Shown: piece by piece, positions 50,801 to 55,214 of the stretch
How the letters are laid out: every line of letters begins with the position of its first letter
How positions within the stretch are numbered: position 1 is the stretch's first letter
Made by a program: the position numbers and the translations under genes
Notes under the pieces: generated by a model
Told to the model about the DNA's origin: nothing
Database searches by the model: none
What the model saw: only the letters and a program-made list of their open reading frames with translations
From: Girardia tigrina
Taxonomy: Eukaryota
Direction of reading: 5' to 3'
Assembly: GCA_001938485.1 (NCBI GenBank)
Contig: MQRK01227422.1
Location: forward strand, 1-55,214
DNA: 55,214 nt

Positions 50801-50945
50801 AAATCTTGCTGAAATCCGGAGATCCTCAATTGAAGTTTGATGGTTCCATAGATCTGGATCGGTGAACCTTTAGCGGCACGGAGAGTGGTTTTCGGAGAGC
50901 GTGTTGGTGCTATTCTCGGGGGAATAATAGAAGGCACGAACCGGA
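47869..50945 (-). mobile_element. Gypsy pol (protease-RT-RNase H-integrase) with PPT and 3' LTR (47869-48145)
   Basis: ORFs with FSKIDLKKVFHQIPV, MPFGLRNA, VYLDDILIAS, FLGF, TDHKSL, HHPGRK and TRWPEVVPI in Gypsy order. PPT-like AAGGGGA before TGTGG; the LTR is bounded TG..CA. Confidence 0.95.
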
Positions 50946-51009
50946 GTCGATTAAGAAATCAATGTTGTTGGTTTTGGGACCGGAATCTTCCGCTGGACTA
51001 CAGCCTATT

Positions 51010-52520
51010 GTTTTTTGTTTTGTTGAGTTTAATGAGAATTCCACTTCTGGTAATATATCTGCCCACTCAAGGCATTCCTTTCTTTTAAACTAGCTTGAAT
51101 GAATTCTCAAATGGTCCTGAATTGTCTTTCGATTATTCCATTTGTATTGTGGTGGTATGGACTGGAGAAAATTATTTTAACGCCTTTATTCTCCAACATT
51201 TCTCAAAATTTTTTTGCCTCGAAGCTCTTACCACAATCAACATGTATCTCCTTTGGTGCACCAAATTTTAATATCCATTTTTGTAATATTGTTTGTACAA
51301 TTGTTTCTTCGTCCTGTCTCTTGATTGCCGGCAAGCTGATGTACTTGCTAAAGTGATCTATCATTTCGAGAATGTATCTTTCTCTTCTTACTGTCTCATG
51401 CCACGGTCCACATATAAACCTTTTCAAATATTTCTGACGCTGTTATTTTAACTTTTTCTTCCTTTGTCTTCGTGATCATTGTCTTTGTTTGTTGGCACTC
51501 TATACATGTTCCGACTACTTCCTTTACTGTTTTCTTTTCTTCCTCCATATCAAACTTGTCCCTTAGATATTCATATACTTTTTCTGCTCTTGCATGATAC
51601 AATAATCTATGTGTCTATATGATTAAATCGTTCCGTTTTTCTTTTGGTATCCATTCCTTTTGACCTGCTCTCGCTTGGCTCCTTGTAGTCACTGCTAACA
51701 ATCTAGTCTTATTCTTACCCTTTTTACCTTCCTCATGTTCCATTTGACACTGGGTACACGTGTTGCAATTTCATCTGGATAGCATATCCGCGTTGTTGTG
51801 TAGTTCCCCTTTCCTGTATTCTATTTATATATCTAAACTACTCAAGTAATTCATCCACGTTTGGAATCGAGCTGTTAATGGTTCCTTTGTATGAAACATG
51901 AACGTTATATAGCTTTATAGTCCGTTCTCAGTTTAATTTTTTTCCAGTACAAGTAATGATTGAAATGTTGGCAAAAGTAAAAAATTGCCAAAAGTTCTTT
52001 TCTTGCTATGTAATATCCTTTTTCATGTGCTGACATTGAATGTGATCCATATGATATTACTTGCTCCTTGCCTGATTCACCTATCTGCGATAGTACCGCC
52101 CCTATACAGTCAAAACTAGCGTCTGTATCTAGAATAAACTGTTTCTTGAAATTTGGAAAACTCAATATTGGTGCCGTTATCAATGCTTTCTTAATGTCCT
52201 GAAAAGCTATTTCCCATGCATCTGTCCAAATTAATTTTTCTTTATCGAGCCACACATTCCTTCCATTATTTTAGCTTTCTTCGCATATCCATTTATAAAC
52301 CTTCTGTAGTAATTGCAAATTCCTAGAAAACTTCTTAAATTTTTTATACATATGTGTCTTTAAAATTCTCTATTGCTGCTATTTTATCTGGGTCTGTCTG
52401 TATCCCTTTATCATTTATAACGTGTCCTAAAAATTTTACTTCTTGTCATAATATTTTAAATTTCGATAGTTTGATTCTTAATCCTGTCTCCTTTATTCTT
52501 CCAAATACTTCTTTGACTAC
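51010..52520 (-). mobile_element. Second Gypsy family pol fragment (RT end, RNase H, integrase)
   Basis: FILDTDASFDCIGAVLSQ, KELLAI, LRTDYKAI, YHARAEK, CIECQ, IDHFSKY, FGAPKEIHVDCG, SPYHHNTNGIIERQF. Confidence 0.93.
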
Positions 52521-54128
52521 TCTATCAAAGGGATAATTACAAATGCAAATACAAATAATACTTCTGATTTTTATTTTTACCGGTATGTGTCGTATAAATT
52601 TTGTAATTTTTTTTCTGAGTACGTGTTAAGAAGACATTGTGTCTTATTAAATAATGGTGAATGTCACCAACTTAAAGTGGAAGAAGAAAAAGAAACAGTG
52701 GATTATATTTTTCCCACATTACAAACTAATCCCGCAAATTATTATTATTTGAGACATATAATCCAGAGTATGGTGATTGTTTTTCATGTATTTATTTTTA
52801 TGTATAATTAGTCATATCTTTTATTTTGTATGTTACAATCGAATATGTTTCTATGTATTTACTTCCGTCTACTTTTTATTTTTTATTATATACCAACAGA
52901 TGCAAGGACGGATCGACAAAAGAAAAAAAGGAAATTTTTTGCTCAATTAAAGAAAATACAAATGAGGTCATAAATAAAAGAAAGATTCGGGATTGCAAAG
53001 CAAAGGAAAATAATGAATTAGATGTATAAATTATAATAATTTCAATTTAAAATTCAAAAAATCATTCAATGGATAATTAATAATATTTTACTTACCAACG
53101 ATAGCTGAGAATTTGCATTCTGCCTACAAAACTGATCATTGGTTTTACTGAGATATCTCTAATATAACGAACTATATTCATATCATATCTTTTGATAATT
53201 GTTACGTTATCGAACGTTTGTAAAAAATTATCATAAAGATTAAACTTTTAGTTTGTTTACTGATTTTGTTAGATCATTTGAATACTTAATTTAGTTAGTT
53301 CATTCTTAACCGCCCTACCCATACGAACGTACGCGATACGGCCGCTATATTATCGCCCGGACGCAACAAACCGTATCCCGTACGTTCAGGCACAAAAAAA
53401 CTATATTCGAAGCCCACAAAACGTTCGTGATACGTTCGCTCGTGATTTTATCGTCTTTCCCCCTATAAATTAAAATAAAAATGTAAAATGTTTGGTTTTA
53501 TTTGTATTTTTTAGTGTAATAAAATAAAAATAAGTGCTAAAATATATGATTTTTATTATGAATAAAAAATCGCTTTGTAGTAGTGAGGTCCATATCCAGT
53601 ATCCTCTCACCCCGAAAAGTCCTAAATCACGAGCCTTTTGAACACCAACAATATTTTTTTATGAATTGAGATTATGTTGATAGATATATTACATTCAATA
53701 CAAAATATATTAGCTAAAATATTCAATAGATTATTATTAGAAGAATTATTCGGCGACTTCTTATGTTGAGAACATCTGACTTGCAAAGGATACAAAAAAT
53801 GGTCATAAATGAGTCTATTGAGTAAAAGTTTTTTCTGGTATATTGTAAACAAGTATTATTATTTCAAAATATGATGAAAAAAAACCCGATGTTTTTTTAC
53901 CTACTTTTTGAATAATAACCCAGAGGTAGGGCGGTTAACTACGTTCATCAAATTAAATAAATTTTTCTTTTGGTTAACCTAGTTTATTTTAATCACAGTT
54001 GAAATAACGAATTTATCACTTAAAAAATGAGTGGATATGTTTGCTATTTTAACACAAATAATAAGTAGAAAGAATAGTAATGCAAACATTTGGTCTATCA
54101 AAGGGATAATTATAAATGCAAAAACAAA
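52521..54128. repeat. ~35-bp direct repeat pair (52521-52555 and 54094-54128)
   Basis: TCTATCAAAGGGATAATTA(C/T)AAATGCAAA(T/A)ACAAA. The first copy coincides with the truncation point of the Gypsy RT. Confidence 0.75.
53310..53934. mobile_element. piggyBac-like non-autonomous element
   Basis: TTAA-CCGCCCTACC ... GGTAGGGCGG-TTAA (TTAA at 53306-09 and 53935-38), with a CG-rich subterminal region. Confidence 0.85.
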
Positions 54129-55214
54129 ATAAGCTTTTCAATCATTTTTGTTATTCGTTTCAGGAAGCAAATACAAAGAACGACGTAAAAAACTAATTTA
54201 AAAGGATGTAAATAAATTAATCTCATTGACAAATAAATCAAAATTACAATTACGTTTTGTAACAATTAAACAGTTTGATAGAAACTTTAAATATTTATTT
54301 AAATTTACTGTTTCCCAAAACGAATTTAAGTCAAAAGGAAAAATACTTTGAAACAAAATATCTTTATCTTTTGTTATTTATTTTTTTAAAAGAAAATCAA
54401 AGGCCTCATTAAATGGTTAAGTTTCAGTTATCAATTAAAAGCATTGAACATTTAAAATTTTTTTGAAAACTGAAAATAATTATTTATATTTTTTAATAAA
54501 AATAATATAAATTAAATTTTCTGTAAAAAAATAAACAAATGTGTAAATATTGAATTCTGAACAATTTAGAATGGTGAATACTTTCAACTTTGCGAACGGC
54601 AGAGAAATGTTTGAACAAAAAATTTATCTGGGTTTTAGAAATTTATTAAATTATTTATTAATAACAATTTTAGTTAAATTATTAAAAATTTAATATTACT
54701 TTTTTTTCTTTGGAAACGAACAACATTTTTTGAAGTTTTACTTTTTATTTTTCTATATTTATATTTAAAGCCAAAAAGAAGAAATTAAAATTAATTCTTT
54801 TCATTTCTTATGCTTTTATCCATTAAATGGTTCGTTATTTCCGTTTACGATCCATTTATCTTTTAAATGTTTAATACATAAAAAATATAGGACATATCTG
54901 GCTCGTTTTAGGAGTTTCTTTACACGAATTCCTCTTTACGTGTTATAATTACATAACGGTTTCTTCGTCGGCTGCCAAAATTTATTACAAAATCTTGTTT
55001 CTTTTTCCTTTAACATCTATTTTATTCTAAGATTATTCAGTGCTTTCATTTAAAACACCCATGCACAGTCCACCACAGTAAACATCCTTCTGTCTTGACG
55101 TGAGGGAAGTACAAGTCTAAATATGGCAATATATTCCGTATGCTAATTTCCGTCATTACGATGGCAAGTAATCAAAAAATTTGCTGTATTAAAGTAGGGG
55201 AAAAATGTATGTTC

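Noticed and set aside
54880-55214. Minus-strand WTVHGCF, possibly a hAT TRWTV-like remnant
   Set aside because: Too decayed and cut by the window edge to support a call.

Overview
Very AT-rich eukaryotic genomic DNA with assembly gaps (N runs). The gene and TE content is consistent with a flatworm, possibly a planarian; this is an inference. The one clear host gene is a large first coding exon of a DEG/ENaC (ASIC-like) sodium channel (about 6127-6982, +), which ends at a GT donor. I could not find its downstream exons in the remaining ~48 kb. The rest of the window is a nested graveyard of mobile elements: at least six Ty3/Gypsy remnants, two RTE-clade LINE copies (one with an 8-bp TSD), a pogo/Tigger transposon, hAT remnants, several MITEs (TA- and TTAA-flanked), and a Penelope-like element with a GIY-YIG ORF, an inverted pLTR and a minimal hammerhead ribozyme, plus two decayed hammerhead relics. 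Scattered among these are gene-like fragments that look neither like TEs nor like intact genes: a 1.2-kb insert with an 11-bp TSD inside a Gypsy gag, a mitofusin-like GTPase fragment, a GC-rich FKBP/Cyp40-type TPR fragment, a ~260-codon frame broken only by stops, and a probable intact Asn-rich exon. All calls were made by eye; no searches were run.
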